A DNA stretch of 64,000 nucleotides. It comes from Candidatus Saccharimonadia bacterium (GTDB taxonomy: Bacteria > Patescibacteriota > Saccharimonadia > CAILAD01 > JADZBC01). The DNA lies in assembly GCA_041907025.1 (NCBI GenBank), contig JAYRIB010000004.1, forward strand, positions 1,223 to 65,222. Direction: 5' to 3'. The translations under genes were made by a program, and so were the position numbers. A model generated the notes under the pieces. The model saw nothing but the letters and a program-made list of their open reading frames with translations. It made no database searches and was not told the origin of the DNA. The stretch's first letter is position 1. The number at the start of each line of letters is the position of its first letter. Shown one piece after another: positions 17,543 through 26,893 of the stretch.

Positions 17543-17962
17543 ATGGAGAGCAGCATATTCAGTAGAATTATCAACGGCGAGGAGCCAGCGGAGGTGCTCT
17601 ATGATGATGAGCGCGTCATTATTGTGTTGTCGCGGGCGCCGATGGGCCCTGGCCATAGTCTCGTAATCCCAAAGCGGCCAGCGGAGTACTTCTACCACAT
17701 GGCAGCGGGAGAATATGAGTACCTTATGCAGACTGCTCGCAAGTTCGCGGTCGTGCTCGACAGCGTCTTTGAGCAAAAGGTGGTGGCCATGCAACTAATG
17801 GGGCTTGGGGTGCCGCATGTGCATGTCCACCTGGTACCGATCAACGATGAAGGCGACATGGACCATGACCATGCAGTGTTTGGGCCGCTCGAGCCTTTGA
17901 AGCCGGTGGCCGAGCGAATCCGTGCCCACCTTGCCGAGCACCCCCTAAGCAGCATACAATAG
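17543..17962 (+). CDS. HIT-family (histidine triad) nucleotide hydrolase
   Basis: SIFSRIINGEEPAEVLYDDERVIIV and the histidine triad HVHVHLVP. Confidence 0.8.
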   Translation: MESSIFSRIINGEEPAEVLYDDERVIIVLSRAPMGPGHSLVIPKRPAEYFYHMAAGEYEYLMQTARKFAVVLDSVFEQKVVAMQLMGLGVPHVHVHLVPINDEGDMDHDHAVFGPLEPLKPVAERIRAHLAEHPLSSIQ

Positions 17963-17967
17963 TATTT

Positions 17968-18747
17968 ATGCTCATCGTTTTACTCCTTTCTGCTATACAA
18001 GGCATCAGTGAATTCTTGCCGATATCTTCGTCGGCCCACCTGCTGATTACCACCTGGGCACTCAACGTTAGCGACCTTGGGCTGAGCTTTGACGCCGCTA
18101 TCCACATTGGTACCTCGCTAGCTCTGCTCATCTTCTTTTATAAAGACTTCTGGCGGCTTTGGAAGGAGCGCAGCCCCTTGCTGTACTACATAGCACTAGC
18201 CACCATCCCAGCTGCACTAATTGGCTTCGTGGGGGACAAATGGATAGAGTCAACGCTGCATCGAAGCTCCGTGGCGCCGCTGATCGTCGGCATCGGTATG
18301 ATCTTATTTAGCTTTTTACTACTTTACGTTGACAACATCGCTAAGCTCAACCGTGACAGCAAGGACATTGGGCTCAAAGACACGCTGATTGTTGGTTTTG
18401 CCCAGGCCTTAGCACTCATACCCGGTACGTCGCGTTCGGGAATTACTATGACAGCCGGGCTGTGGCGCGGGCTTAAGCGCGAAGACGCAGCCCGGTTTAG
18501 CTTTTTGTTGGCCGCCCCAATTAGCCTGGGGGCAGGGCTGTATAAGGCTTTTGGTTTAATTTCTAATCCCGAGCCAACCGTCTCCATGCTGCAAGTAGGG
18601 GTCGGAATTGTCGCCTCTGGCTTGGTTGGCTTGGCAGTTATTAAATGGCTGCTTAGATACCTAGGTAGCCACAACTTGCGGCTGTTTGTGGTGTATCGGA
18701 TCGCCTTTGGTGTACTAGTAATTGCTCTGTGGGTATGGCGGCAATAA
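17968..18747 (+). CDS. uppP: undecaprenyl-diphosphate phosphatase
   Basis: AIQGISEFLPISSSAHLLI and PGTSRSGITMTAGL, the BacA/UppP signature motifs. Confidence 0.85.
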   Translation: MLIVLLLSAIQGISEFLPISSSAHLLITTWALNVSDLGLSFDAAIHIGTSLALLIFFYKDFWRLWKERSPLLYYIALATIPAALIGFVGDKWIESTLHRSSVAPLIVGIGMILFSFLLLYVDNIAKLNRDSKDIGLKDTLIVGFAQALALIPGTSRSGITMTAGLWRGLKREDAARFSFLLAAPISLGAGLYKAFGLISNPEPTVSMLQVGVGIVASGLVGLAVIKWLLRYLGSHNLRLFVVYRIAFGVLVIALWVWRQ

Positions 18748-19178
18748 TGGGTGAATTTCCAGCACACGTTAAGGTATTTTGTGATGGTGGTTCGCGCGGC
18801 AACCCTGGTCCAGCAGCTTCTGGCGTAGTAATAACTACAACGAATGATGAGGTTATTGGTGAGTATCACGAATACCTTGGACTACGAACGAATAATTACG
18901 CCGAATACAGCGCTGTCATCTTGGGATTGAGCGAGCTTAAAGCTCACCAGGGAGTAGCTCGTGCTGACTTCTACCTGGATAGTGAGCTCGTTACCAAGCA
19001 GCTGAATGGGCAATACCGCGTCAAGCACGTTGATATGAAGCCACTCTATACTAGAGTACAAGAATTGTTGGCAGCAACTGGAATTGAGGTCAGTTTTTCT
19101 CATGTTCGTCGCGAGTATAATAAGCTGGCTGATGCCCAAGTGAACGTTTGCTTGGATGCTCAGATTGGCTCGACATAA
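18747..19178 (+). CDS. rnhA: ribonuclease HI
   Basis: VKVFCDGGSRGNPGPAASGVVI ... NNYAEYSAVILGLSEL ... DSELVTKQLNGQYRV. TAATG stop/start overlap with uppP. Confidence 0.75.
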   Translation: MGEFPAHVKVFCDGGSRGNPGPAASGVVITTTNDEVIGEYHEYLGLRTNNYAEYSAVILGLSELKAHQGVARADFYLDSELVTKQLNGQYRVKHVDMKPLYTRVQELLAATGIEVSFSHVRREYNKLADAQVNVCLDAQIGST

Positions 19179-19206
19179 AACTCTAAATATCGTATAATAA
19201 TGGCCT

Positions 19207-19610
19207 AGTTAGTCAGTGAGTGATCGCTCCACGGCGCAAGCCAAGGAGAGGAAAGTCCGAACAGCGTAGAGTAGGGTGGTTGCTAACGGCAACCGAGGGA
19301 GACCTTAGGGAAAGTGCCACAGAGACAATACCGCCCCTCACATTTATGGCAACATAAAAGGTGCGGGGTAAGGGTGAAAAGAGTGCGGTAAAAGCGCACA
19401 GCGGACCTTAGGTGACTAGGTCTGGAGGTAAACCCCACCTGCTGCAAGACTATGGGCCCCGTCGCAAGACAGAGTTACTCGCTCTTAGTTGGGTTTGTCG
19501 CATGATGTAGCCTTCGGGCTGCACGCCAACTGTAGCAATGCAGGAGGAAGATAGATGATCACAGCTAGCCTTCGGGTTAGACACAGAATTCGGCTTATAG
19601 CTGACTAACT
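19207..19610 (+). ncRNA. rnpB: RNase P RNA (bacterial type A)
   Basis: P1 pairing AGTTAGTCAG/CTGACTAACT; conserved P4 and other blocks GGAAAGTCCGAACAGC, AGGGAAAGTGCCACAGAGACAA, GGTAAACCCCACCTG, ACAGAATTCGGCTTATAG. Confidence 0.85.
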
Positions 19611-19695
19611 AGGCACTTATTTTGTTATATTTACTTCTCAGCAGGCACAAGGGAAAGTTTCATACGCTATTATGCTAGAATAAGAGATAACGACC

Positions 19696-21105
19696 ATGAA
19701 GAAACGCAGCGAACTTATCTTTAGCTTGATCCTGGTACCGATTGATTACTTCATGATGATACTTGGCTTTGTAGCTGCGTATTTTTATCGCTTAGGGAGT
19801 GACAAGCCCTTGGCTTACGACATCGGCGGCACGGCTTACCTGCGCTATCTCATTATTCTCTTGCCGCTCTGGGTGCTGATTTTTGCTATGCTGGGGCTCT
19901 ACTCACTTGGCAGTACTCGCCGTCGTATCGACGAGATCGTTAAGGTGTTCATTGCGAGTGCTTGTGGGGTTATGGCGTTGATTGTGTTGGACTTCTTTAA
20001 TCCGCAGCCCCTCTTTCCCTCCAAAAGCATTGTGATATACGGCTTTATTGCGACCTTTGTGCTGGTAGCCCTCGCACGGCTCATTTTGAGCGTTGTGCAG
20101 CGGGTTTTATTTCATTATGGCGTTGGAGTTCATCAGACACTGATTTTGGCTCCAAACAAGCTTGTTACAAGTCTGGAGCGCGACTTAGGGCCGGGCTACC
20201 ATGTGCTCAATGGCTTGCTGAAGGATTTTAAGCCGCGCAGTGCTACGCCAGAGGATATCGAGCGCATTCATGCGCAGCGTCACATTGACGAAATCATCCA
20301 TATGCACGCAAACAGCGTTGATGACGCTCGCTGGCTAGGCTTTTGTCAGCAGAACAACATCGCATATCGGTATATCCCGAGCATTATGGGGCTGTATGGT
20401 ACAAACGTGCAGACATCATTGCATGGCGGTGTGCCGGTGCTCGAATTACGGGCTACGCCCCTCGAAGGCTGGGGGAGGATTGTGAAGCGCATTGTAGACT
20501 TTATTACATCATTATTTGGAATCATTTTCTTGAGTCCACTATTCGTGGTAATTGCTGCTGCGATTAAGCTTACTGACCCAGGTAGTGTCTTTTATGCTCA
20601 CGAAAGACTGTCCAAATCAGGTAAGAAAATAAGGGTGTTGAAGTTTCGCTCAATGAAGATGGAGTATTCCACGGGCGGAAAGTATGCTAGTAAAACTGCC
20701 GAGGAGGCATTAGCAAAATTTGACGACCCAGGGTTGCTAGAGGAGTTTAAGAAATTCCAGAAGGTAAAAAATGATCCTCGCATCAGTAAAGTAGGGGCGT
20801 TCTTACGTAAAACAAGTCTCGATGAACTGCCTCAGCTCTTTAACATCTTCAAGGGAGATTTGAGTCTTGTAGGTCCACGGCCAATTGTAGAGTCTGAACT
20901 AGAGCGGTACGGCGCACTCGGGGGCAAATTCTTGGCTATTAAACCTGGACTAACTGGCTTGTGGCAGGTTTCAGGGCGAAATGACATTGGCTATGATGAG
21001 CGGGTTGAGTTAGACATTTATTATGTTGAAAATTGGAGCTTATGGATGGATCTGACGATTCTGGTCCGTACGCTGGGAGTGGTGGTGAGGGGCCGTGGTT
21101 ACTAG
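19696..21105 (+). CDS. polyprenyl-phosphate hexose-1-phosphate transferase (WbaP/bacterial sugar transferase family)
   Basis: N-terminal TM bundle plus the C-terminal PF02397 block GLSPLFVVIAAAIKLTDPGSVFYAHERLSKSGKKIRVLKFRSM...DPRISKVGAFLRKTSLDELPQLFNIFKGDLSLVGPRP. Confidence 0.8.
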   Translation: MKKRSELIFSLILVPIDYFMMILGFVAAYFYRLGSDKPLAYDIGGTAYLRYLIILLPLWVLIFAMLGLYSLGSTRRRIDEIVKVFIASACGVMALIVLDFFNPQPLFPSKSIVIYGFIATFVLVALARLILSVVQRVLFHYGVGVHQTLILAPNKLVTSLERDLGPGYHVLNGLLKDFKPRSATPEDIERIHAQRHIDEIIHMHANSVDDARWLGFCQQNNIAYRYIPSIMGLYGTNVQTSLHGGVPVLELRATPLEGWGRIVKRIVDFITSLFGIIFLSPLFVVIAAAIKLTDPGSVFYAHERLSKSGKKIRVLKFRSMKMEYSTGGKYASKTAEEALAKFDDPGLLEEFKKFQKVKNDPRISKVGAFLRKTSLDELPQLFNIFKGDLSLVGPRPIVESELERYGALGGKFLAIKPGLTGLWQVSGRNDIGYDERVELDIYYVENWSLWMDLTILVRTLGVVVRGRGY

Positions 21106-22213
21106 TACGTCTCGTAACGAGCTAAAAGTCGCTATCGTCCATGACTGGCTGACTAATATAGGTGGCGCAGAGCGCGTGGTGGAGTCACTTTTGAAGGCGT
21201 ACCCCCAGGCGGATTTGTACTCGAGTGTGTACGATGCGGCTAAGCTGCCTCAGTTTAAGGGCCGCGTAACCACTTCGTTTTTACAGCACTGGCCATTGTC
21301 ACGACGTAAACACCAGCTCTACCCCGTGTTGCGAACGCTGGCTTTCGAGAGCTTTGACCTCTCATCCTATGACTTGGTGTTATCTAGTAGTAGTGCTGAG
21401 GCCAAGGGGGTCATTACGCCGACCGAGACGCTGCACATATCTTACATCCATACTCCGGTGCGTTACTATTGGAGCAACTATGACCAATACCTGGCCGACC
21501 CAGGCTTTGGGTTCCTTAATCCACTGGTGCGCTTGGTTGCGCCATTCTTTGTACGCAGAATGCGCCGTTGGGACTTCGCGGCTGCACAGCGACCAGATGC
21601 TCTGATTGCTAACTCAGAAACAGTGGCCAAGCGTATTAAAAAGTACTACAAGCGCGAGGCTAAAGTAATTCATCCGCCAGTAGATTTGGCTCGCTTTCAG
21701 TTGGGCAACGCTACAAGCGGCGATTATTACCTGATCGTTTCACGCCTGGTGCCCTATAAGCGCTACGATATCGCGGTAGAGGCGTGCAATAAGCTCGGTA
21801 AGCGGTTGATGATTGCTGGCAGTGGTTCGGAGCTCACCCATCTTAAAAAGCTTGCTGGCCCGACCATTGAGTTTAAGGGGTCGTTGTCTGAAGATGAGAT
21901 CACGCGCCTCTATGAAGGCTGCAAAGGGTTTTTGTTCCCCGCTGAGGAAGACTTTGGCATTACGCCGCTCGAAGCTATGGCCTGTGGTAAGCCAGTGTTG
22001 GCTTATGGCAAGGGCGGAGCGACAGAGACGGTAGTGGATGGTAAGACAGGCTTACTATTTGGCCATCAAACAGCAGATAGCCTGGCGGACGCCATAGAAC
22101 GATCTGAGACTATGGAGTGGGACAGTGCGCGTATTGCTCGCCACGCAGCCACGTTTAGTGAAGAGCGATTTATTAAACAGATTCATGAAGCGGTCTCGGC
22201 GCACCAAGCGTAG
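21095..22213 (+). CDS. GT4-family glycosyltransferase
   Basis: C-terminal GT4 signature EDFGITPLEAMACGKPVLAYGKGGATETVVDGKTGLLF. Confidence 0.75.
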   Translation: MVTSTSRNELKVAIVHDWLTNIGGAERVVESLLKAYPQADLYSSVYDAAKLPQFKGRVTTSFLQHWPLSRRKHQLYPVLRTLAFESFDLSSYDLVLSSSSAEAKGVITPTETLHISYIHTPVRYYWSNYDQYLADPGFGFLNPLVRLVAPFFVRRMRRWDFAAAQRPDALIANSETVAKRIKKYYKREAKVIHPPVDLARFQLGNATSGDYYLIVSRLVPYKRYDIAVEACNKLGKRLMIAGSGSELTHLKKLAGPTIEFKGSLSEDEITRLYEGCKGFLFPAEEDFGITPLEAMACGKPVLAYGKGGATETVVDGKTGLLFGHQTADSLADAIERSETMEWDSARIARHAATFSEERFIKQIHEAVSAHQA

Positions 22214-23591
22214 CTATGCAACTCGAATAGGCGGGAAGCTGCTGATTGCTGTTATTGCCGTGGGTTTTGTAGGTGTTTTTGGAGGAATCTATAATACTGT
22301 TGTAGTAAAAGCTACAGAGATTCAGAAGTACCAGACTCTCATAGGCGGGTTAAGCGGCAAGAGTGGCACCAACCGCACCCTAATCCTCTTTAGTAATAAC
22401 GCCGAGATGCGCTATGGCGGAGGCTTTATTGGCTCGGTTGGCTACATAGAGGCTCAACAAGGCAAAAAGCTCCATATTGACCCAATTCATAGTGTTTATT
22501 ACTACGATCACAGGGTTGAGGGTAAAGAAGATTCGCTTGAATCTGCTACGCCAGAGTTGTTACCCTTGGTACCACGCATTACCTTGCGTGATAGCGGGGT
22601 TGATTTGGACTGGCAACGCAATGCCGAGCGCGCAGCGCGGCTCTTTGAGCTTGAATCTGGCAAGCAGGTTGATACGGTAGCCATGATGACCCCCAGTGTT
22701 ATAAAGGGGTTACTGAGCGTAACTGGACCAGTAGAGCTGAAGGACTATGGTTTTGCAGTCACAAGTAAAAACTTTTTAGAAAAGGTGCAGCTGGAGGTTG
22801 AGGCTGGCGATGACAAGCAGGCCGGCAAAGACCCGAAGACGATACTTGGCGTGCTTGCTAACACCCTACTTAAGCAGCTTTTTGAGCAGGGTAGCCTGCA
22901 GGACGTTGCCAAGTACTCCGAGTTACTATCCAAGATGGCCGAGCAGAAGCAGCTCGCGCTCTACAGTCGTGACGCCAAGGTTCAAGAACTACTGACATCA
23001 ACTGGAATTGATGGCGGGCTCATGCCAGCAGATGGTGATTACTTGATGGTTGCCGAAGCTAACATCGGGGCAAACAAGAGTAGCCCATATATGGAGCAAA
23101 ATATCAGTCGGAAACTGATGATTGATAGCTCGGGCAGGGCAACGGTGGAGGTGGTACTAGAGCGCAAGCATACTGGGCGGTATTTGCACCAGTATGTTGA
23201 TCCGCATGATGGTCGTACGAAGTGGCTGGTTGGTGCGAATGCGAGTTATATGAAGCTTGCTCTGCCCGTAGGTAGTAGGATTCTGACTAAGGACTTTGAT
23301 CTGTCGCGGGAAGTATACACGGAGTCGGGGCGAGACGTGGTAACTTTCTTTTCTGGCCTTGAGCCAGGATCAGCCGCCACATACAGGCTGACCTATGAGC
23401 TACCGTTTCGTTATGATATGGGTTCAGAAGTGGTGATTCGCAGTGTTATGGAAAAGCCAATTGGTGGCTTTGCTCAAACGGTAACCCAAACGGTAGAGTT
23501 GCCAACTGGCTACCGGCTGGCTGAAGGGAGTTTACCTAAGAACATGCAATTAGAGACGGACCTTGACTCGCGGCTCGTGTATCGCCGCTAG
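22185..23591 (+). CDS. membrane-anchored protein of the glycan locus (DUF4012-like?)
   Basis: Basic N-terminus MKRSRRTKR followed by one TM helix and a large extracytoplasmic domain. Co-oriented with and overlapping the WbaP-GT4 genes. Start taken at MKRS (22185); the ORF extends to 22125. Confidence 0.4.
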   Translation: MKRSRRTKRSYATRIGGKLLIAVIAVGFVGVFGGIYNTVVVKATEIQKYQTLIGGLSGKSGTNRTLILFSNNAEMRYGGGFIGSVGYIEAQQGKKLHIDPIHSVYYYDHRVEGKEDSLESATPELLPLVPRITLRDSGVDLDWQRNAERAARLFELESGKQVDTVAMMTPSVIKGLLSVTGPVELKDYGFAVTSKNFLEKVQLEVEAGDDKQAGKDPKTILGVLANTLLKQLFEQGSLQDVAKYSELLSKMAEQKQLALYSRDAKVQELLTSTGIDGGLMPADGDYLMVAEANIGANKSSPYMEQNISRKLMIDSSGRATVEVVLERKHTGRYLHQYVDPHDGRTKWLVGANASYMKLALPVGSRILTKDFDLSREVYTESGRDVVTFFSGLEPGSAATYRLTYELPFRYDMGSEVVIRSVMEKPIGGFAQTVTQTVELPTGYRLAEGSLPKNMQLETDLDSRLVYRR

Positions 23592-23676
23592 TGCCCACTC
23601 CTGCCACTGGACTTACCCTAATCAAAAGACCCTCATATGCGAGGGTCTTTTATAAGTAGAACTTGGTAGGGACGGG

Positions 23677-24018
23677 CTACTGAGCTTCTTTTACGATGGC
23701 TTCAAACGCCTTAGGCTGGTTAACCGCTAACTCAGCGAGCATTTTGCGGTTAAGCTTGATGCCAGTCTTATTGAGACCTGCAATGAGCTTAGAGTAGGTA
23801 GTATCATTCTGAACGGCACCAGCACCGATGCGGGTGATCCAGAGTGAGCGCATGTCGCGTTTTAGGTTGCGACGGTCGCGGTACTGGTATGAAAGGGCCT
23901 TAAGCACGGCTTCGTGAGCCTTACGGTACGAAGATGTTCGAGCATGACTCATCCCTTTGGCGGCTTTGAGTACCTTCTTGTGTCGTTTTCTGGCTGTTAC
24001 GCCTCGTTTTACTCTCAT
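23677..24018 (-). CDS. rplT: 50S ribosomal protein L20
   Basis: [22 protein letters not shown]...[17 protein letters not shown] is the canonical L20 sequence. Confidence 0.9.
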   Translation of the reverse strand: MRVKRGVTARKRHKKVLKAAKGMSHARTSSYRKAHEAVLKALSYQYRDRRNLKRDMRSLWITRIGAGAVQNDTTYSKLIAGLNKTGIKLNRKMLAELAVNQPKAFEAIVKEAQ

Positions 24019-24021
24019 GGC

Positions 24022-24216
24022 TTATAGTCCTAACATTTTCTTGATATTCTTGCTGTCACCCAGTGCTACGCCGTGCTCCAGAGTAAAGGCACGTTTGCGC
24101 GTAGCTGACTTAATCGTCAGTTTGTGGGCGCGAGTAGCTTTACGGCGCATAATCTTACCGCTGCCGGTAATCTTTACGCGCTTGCTCATCGTCTTATTCG
24201 TCTTTAGCTTTGGCAT
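24022..24216 (-). CDS. rpmI: 50S ribosomal protein L35
   Basis: MPKLKTNKTMSKRVKITGSGKIMRRKATRAHKL. Confidence 0.85.
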   Translation of the reverse strand: MPKLKTNKTMSKRVKITGSGKIMRRKATRAHKLTIKSATRKRAFTLEHGVALGDSKNIKKMLGL

Positions 24217-24724
24217 CTTTTCTCCTTGCTACTACCATGGACAGTTCTCGGCCCGATAGATTGGGCTCCTGCTCTTTAGTGGCGATATCTGAAAGCTTCA
24301 CGTAGAAGTTGTCCAGAATGGCACGACCAAGCTCAGGGTGAGTTATCTCGCGACCCTTGAAGCGTAGATTCACTTTTACTTTATTACCTTGCTCAAGGAA
24401 TTTGATAGCTGCTTTGAGCTTAACCTCAATGTCGTGCGAACCAGTTTTGAGGCCGAGTCGGACTTGCTTAACCTCGACGTTCTTCTGGTTTCGGCGACTT
24501 TTCTGCAGCTGCTTCTCTTGTTCGTACCGATACTTGCCCCAGTCAACAAGTTTGACGACGGGAGGATCGGCAGTCGGTGAAACTTCGGCTAGATCAAAGC
24601 CCTGCTCTTCTGCAATATTCAGGGCTTCTCGAATTGAGATAACACCGTGTTGCTCAGAGTCAGATCCAAGTAACCGTACCATTGGTGCAGTTATCTCATG
24701 ATTCAACCTAATTCTACCTTTTAT
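24194..24724 (-). CDS. infC: translation initiation factor IF-3, probable AUA start
   Basis: (M)KGRIRLNHEITAPMVRLLGSDSEQHGVISIREALNIAEEQGFDLAEVSPTADPPVVKLVDWGKYRYEQEK aligns with E. coli IF3 MKGGKRVQ...EVRL...G. AAGGAG lies 9 nt upstream of AUA; the ORF extends to GTG 24763. Confidence 0.8.
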   Translation of the reverse strand: MKGRIRLNHEITAPMVRLLGSDSEQHGVISIREALNIAEEQGFDLAEVSPTADPPVVKLVDWGKYRYEQEKQLQKSRRNQKNVEVKQVRLGLKTGSHDIEVKLKAAIKFLEQGNKVKVNLRFKGREITHPELGRAILDNFYVKLSDIATKEQEPNLSGRELSMVVARRKDAKAKDE

Positions 24725-24788
24725 AAAAGAGATCTCCTTAAAGCTCAAAGAGAATGATAGCACTAAGAACCAAGGAAATCAAGGTGTT

Positions 24789-25601
24789 CTAAGCGAGACT
24801 GTCTCGCTTCCTGCTGACGATGACTGATTGCTGCTGAGCTAGCTGTGACACCTGGATGACAAGGCGAAGCTGCAAAAGGCCATGGAGCAAGAGGGGGCTT
24901 GAGGTTTCTATGGTGATATCACTAGCTTTAAGTCGTAACATCTTGGCAGGAGATGAAGGCAGGTTCTGTTTTGTTGGCAGAGCAATGAGTGGCTGCTTGT
25001 TCTGCAGTAGTTGGTCGCTGCCCTGACTGGCTGTTGCCTCAATAAGTATCGGCTGAACGTGCTCGGTGGCGGGATCTTTAGATGTGTTGGTCAGCGTGAG
25101 TTCACTTATTGGCAATTCAACAGTGAGCTTATGGTCGATGCTAAGGGTTATAGTTTGTTTCGTACCTAGCTGCGTTTGTTTGGGGCTAAGGGTGCAATAG
25201 GAGAGTATTGTGTAATCTTCAACGGCAAGCAGGTGAAAGTCCTCTCGTTTGCCTTTTAAGAGGGCAACGGTGGCCTGCTTCCAGTCTGTTACGCCTAAAT
25301 GCTGCGCGCTTTGCGAGTTGGGGCGAAGCGGAATGTAGCCCAGAGGGATTTTACCCGTTTGGTCTGCCTGCGAGAGTGAGGATATTGCTAGGTCGAGACT
25401 AAGGTCGTCGCCGAGCATTACGATGGTGGCGGTCGAGGAGCTGGTGGCTATCTTTTTGACTTGCTCCATGATGTGCTGCGGGCTCTTAAGGCTCAGTTGC
25501 TCACCAGCGATTCGACTTGTCTTAATCCAGCTTTGGATGCGGTTGAGTTGTCCCGTGGGGGTAGTCTTGGCTACTCGTTCGTCGATAAGGTAGTGATGCA
25601 T
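24789..25601 (-). CDS. diacylglycerol-kinase-catalytic-domain-like protein (degenerate GGDGT motif)
   Basis: IVMLGDDLSLDLAISSL...GKIPLGYIPLRPNS resembles the DAGK_cat/YegS signature GGDGT...PLGIIPLGTGN but carries substitutions. Confidence 0.3.
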   Translation of the reverse strand: MHHYLIDERVAKTTPTGQLNRIQSWIKTSRIAGEQLSLKSPQHIMEQVKKIATSSSTATIVMLGDDLSLDLAISSLSQADQTGKIPLGYIPLRPNSQSAQHLGVTDWKQATVALLKGKREDFHLLAVEDYTILSYCTLSPKQTQLGTKQTITLSIDHKLTVELPISELTLTNTSKDPATEHVQPILIEATASQGSDQLLQNKQPLIALPTKQNLPSSPAKMLRLKASDITIETSSPLLLHGLLQLRLVIQVSQLAQQQSVIVSRKRDSLA

Positions 25602-25602
25602 G

Positions 25603-25977
25603 CTAGCTTGTTGTAATTGTTACATCGATAAGCTGACTGCCAGGTTGGACGTCGAGACTGTCACACTGTAGTTTGGCGTGCTGTAGCCTAGAGCCGCCCT
25701 GAATAACCAGCCGTGCCTCGGCTGAAAGCGACCCTTGTAGGTTACCCTGATGGTACACGCTGCGCGCCGAAGCTGCTCCCTGCACAACCGCGTTTGGCCC
25801 TATTGTGAGATGGCTGGTGGAAGTAATGTCGCCTTTTAGCGCAGCATCGAGTAGGAAGTCATCATATACCTTGATGCTGCCGCGCGCTTTAGCCGGTTCG
25901 TGAAGGAAAAGCTCACTCGAGAGGGCGTTGGGTGACTTTCGCTGCCAGATTTTGGGCTGAAGTGACCTTAGCTTCAT
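25603..25977 (-). CDS. bactofilin-like protein
   Basis: Repetitive beta-helix pattern TIGPNAVVQGAASARSVYHQGNLQGSLSAEARLVIQGGSRLQHAKLQCDSLDVQPGSQLIDVTI, typical of the bactofilin (DUF583) domain. Confidence 0.45.
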   Translation of the reverse strand: MKLRSLQPKIWQRKSPNALSSELFLHEPAKARGSIKVYDDFLLDAALKGDITSTSHLTIGPNAVVQGAASARSVYHQGNLQGSLSAEARLVIQGGSRLQHAKLQCDSLDVQPGSQLIDVTITTS

Positions 25978-26441
25978 GCATCATCTCGATTCGTCATGGC
26001 TTTTTGGATGGCACGCATTTCTTCGTCCGAAAGGTGGTGCTTGCTCTTACCTTGTTCGATTTCTTTGGCGTATAATCGCGCGCCAGTTCGGGAGTGGATA
26101 GCGGACATAACGAAGCCATCCAGGTGACGGTTGAGTGCAGCGAGGCAGAAACTCTGATCACCCCCTTTGTCATTAAACGGATTAAAACGCACCAAGCCGA
26201 CTCGCGTCAGTCCTTTGGAACTGAGTTTATGTAAGTTGGCGCTGAAAACAGCTAACTCGTCTAGTTTGCGAGCGTTATCTTTAACTTCAAGGTTATACTG
26301 CTTGAGGATTCGCTCAATTGACTTCGGATCTTGGCGGTCAAAAAACACTCCGTATGCGGCTTTGATGGACATGACTTGCCACACCGAGTAGACAGCTACT
26401 GACAGGCTGATAGTTGATATGATAATCATAAATAACTCCAC
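25974..26441 (-). CDS. membrane-anchored hypothetical protein
   Basis: N-terminal TM helix; conserved-looking core GLVRFNPFNDKGGDQSFCLAALN. 4-nt overlap with the bactofilin gene, so likely one operon with infC-rpmI-rplT. Confidence 0.4.
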   Translation of the reverse strand: MELFMIIISTISLSVAVYSVWQVMSIKAAYGVFFDRQDPKSIERILKQYNLEVKDNARKLDELAVFSANLHKLSSKGLTRVGLVRFNPFNDKGGDQSFCLAALNRHLDGFVMSAIHSRTGARLYAKEIEQGKSKHHLSDEEMRAIQKAMTNRDDA

Positions 26442-26541
26442 TCACTCTTCTCACATTTAGCTATGTCATTATAGCTGTTTGTAGCCGTTCTTGGCAACGC
26501 TGGGTAAAGCAGTTAGAATATGACAAAGGGGAGTAATACAC

Positions 26542-26883
26542 ATGGCTAAAAAGAAGAAACACAACAAGAAGAAGTCGCAGTATAAGGCCAGCAAAAGATC
26601 AGAAGGTGTTACTGCGGCTGTGCAGCGGCAAGATATGACTGCAAGCTCGTCTAGCCTAGCCCAACCCGCGCAGGGAGGGAGTGAAGCTAAGAATAAGCCA
26701 GATCACAAGCGCTCAGTACCGACACCAGATAGCGGAGATCAGGTTGTCGCTCGGCGTGCACGACGCGAGGTGAAGCATGCTTTGGTCTTGGCTGGCGCGA
26801 TCATGCTTGGACTTATTGCCTTGTGGTGTTTATTTGCCTTTACATCGGTTGGGTCAGAAGTCTACAAGTTCATTCGTATTTAG
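26542..26883 (+). CDS. small lysine-rich protein with C-terminal TM anchor
   Basis: MAKKKKHNKKKSQYK... basic N-terminus, then the TM helix LVLAGAIMLGLIALWCLFAF. Confidence 0.35.
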   Translation: MAKKKKHNKKKSQYKASKRSEGVTAAVQRQDMTASSSSLAQPAQGGSEAKNKPDHKRSVPTPDSGDQVVARRARREVKHALVLAGAIMLGLIALWCLFAFTSVGSEVYKFIRI

Positions 26884-26893
26884 GTTTTTATTG

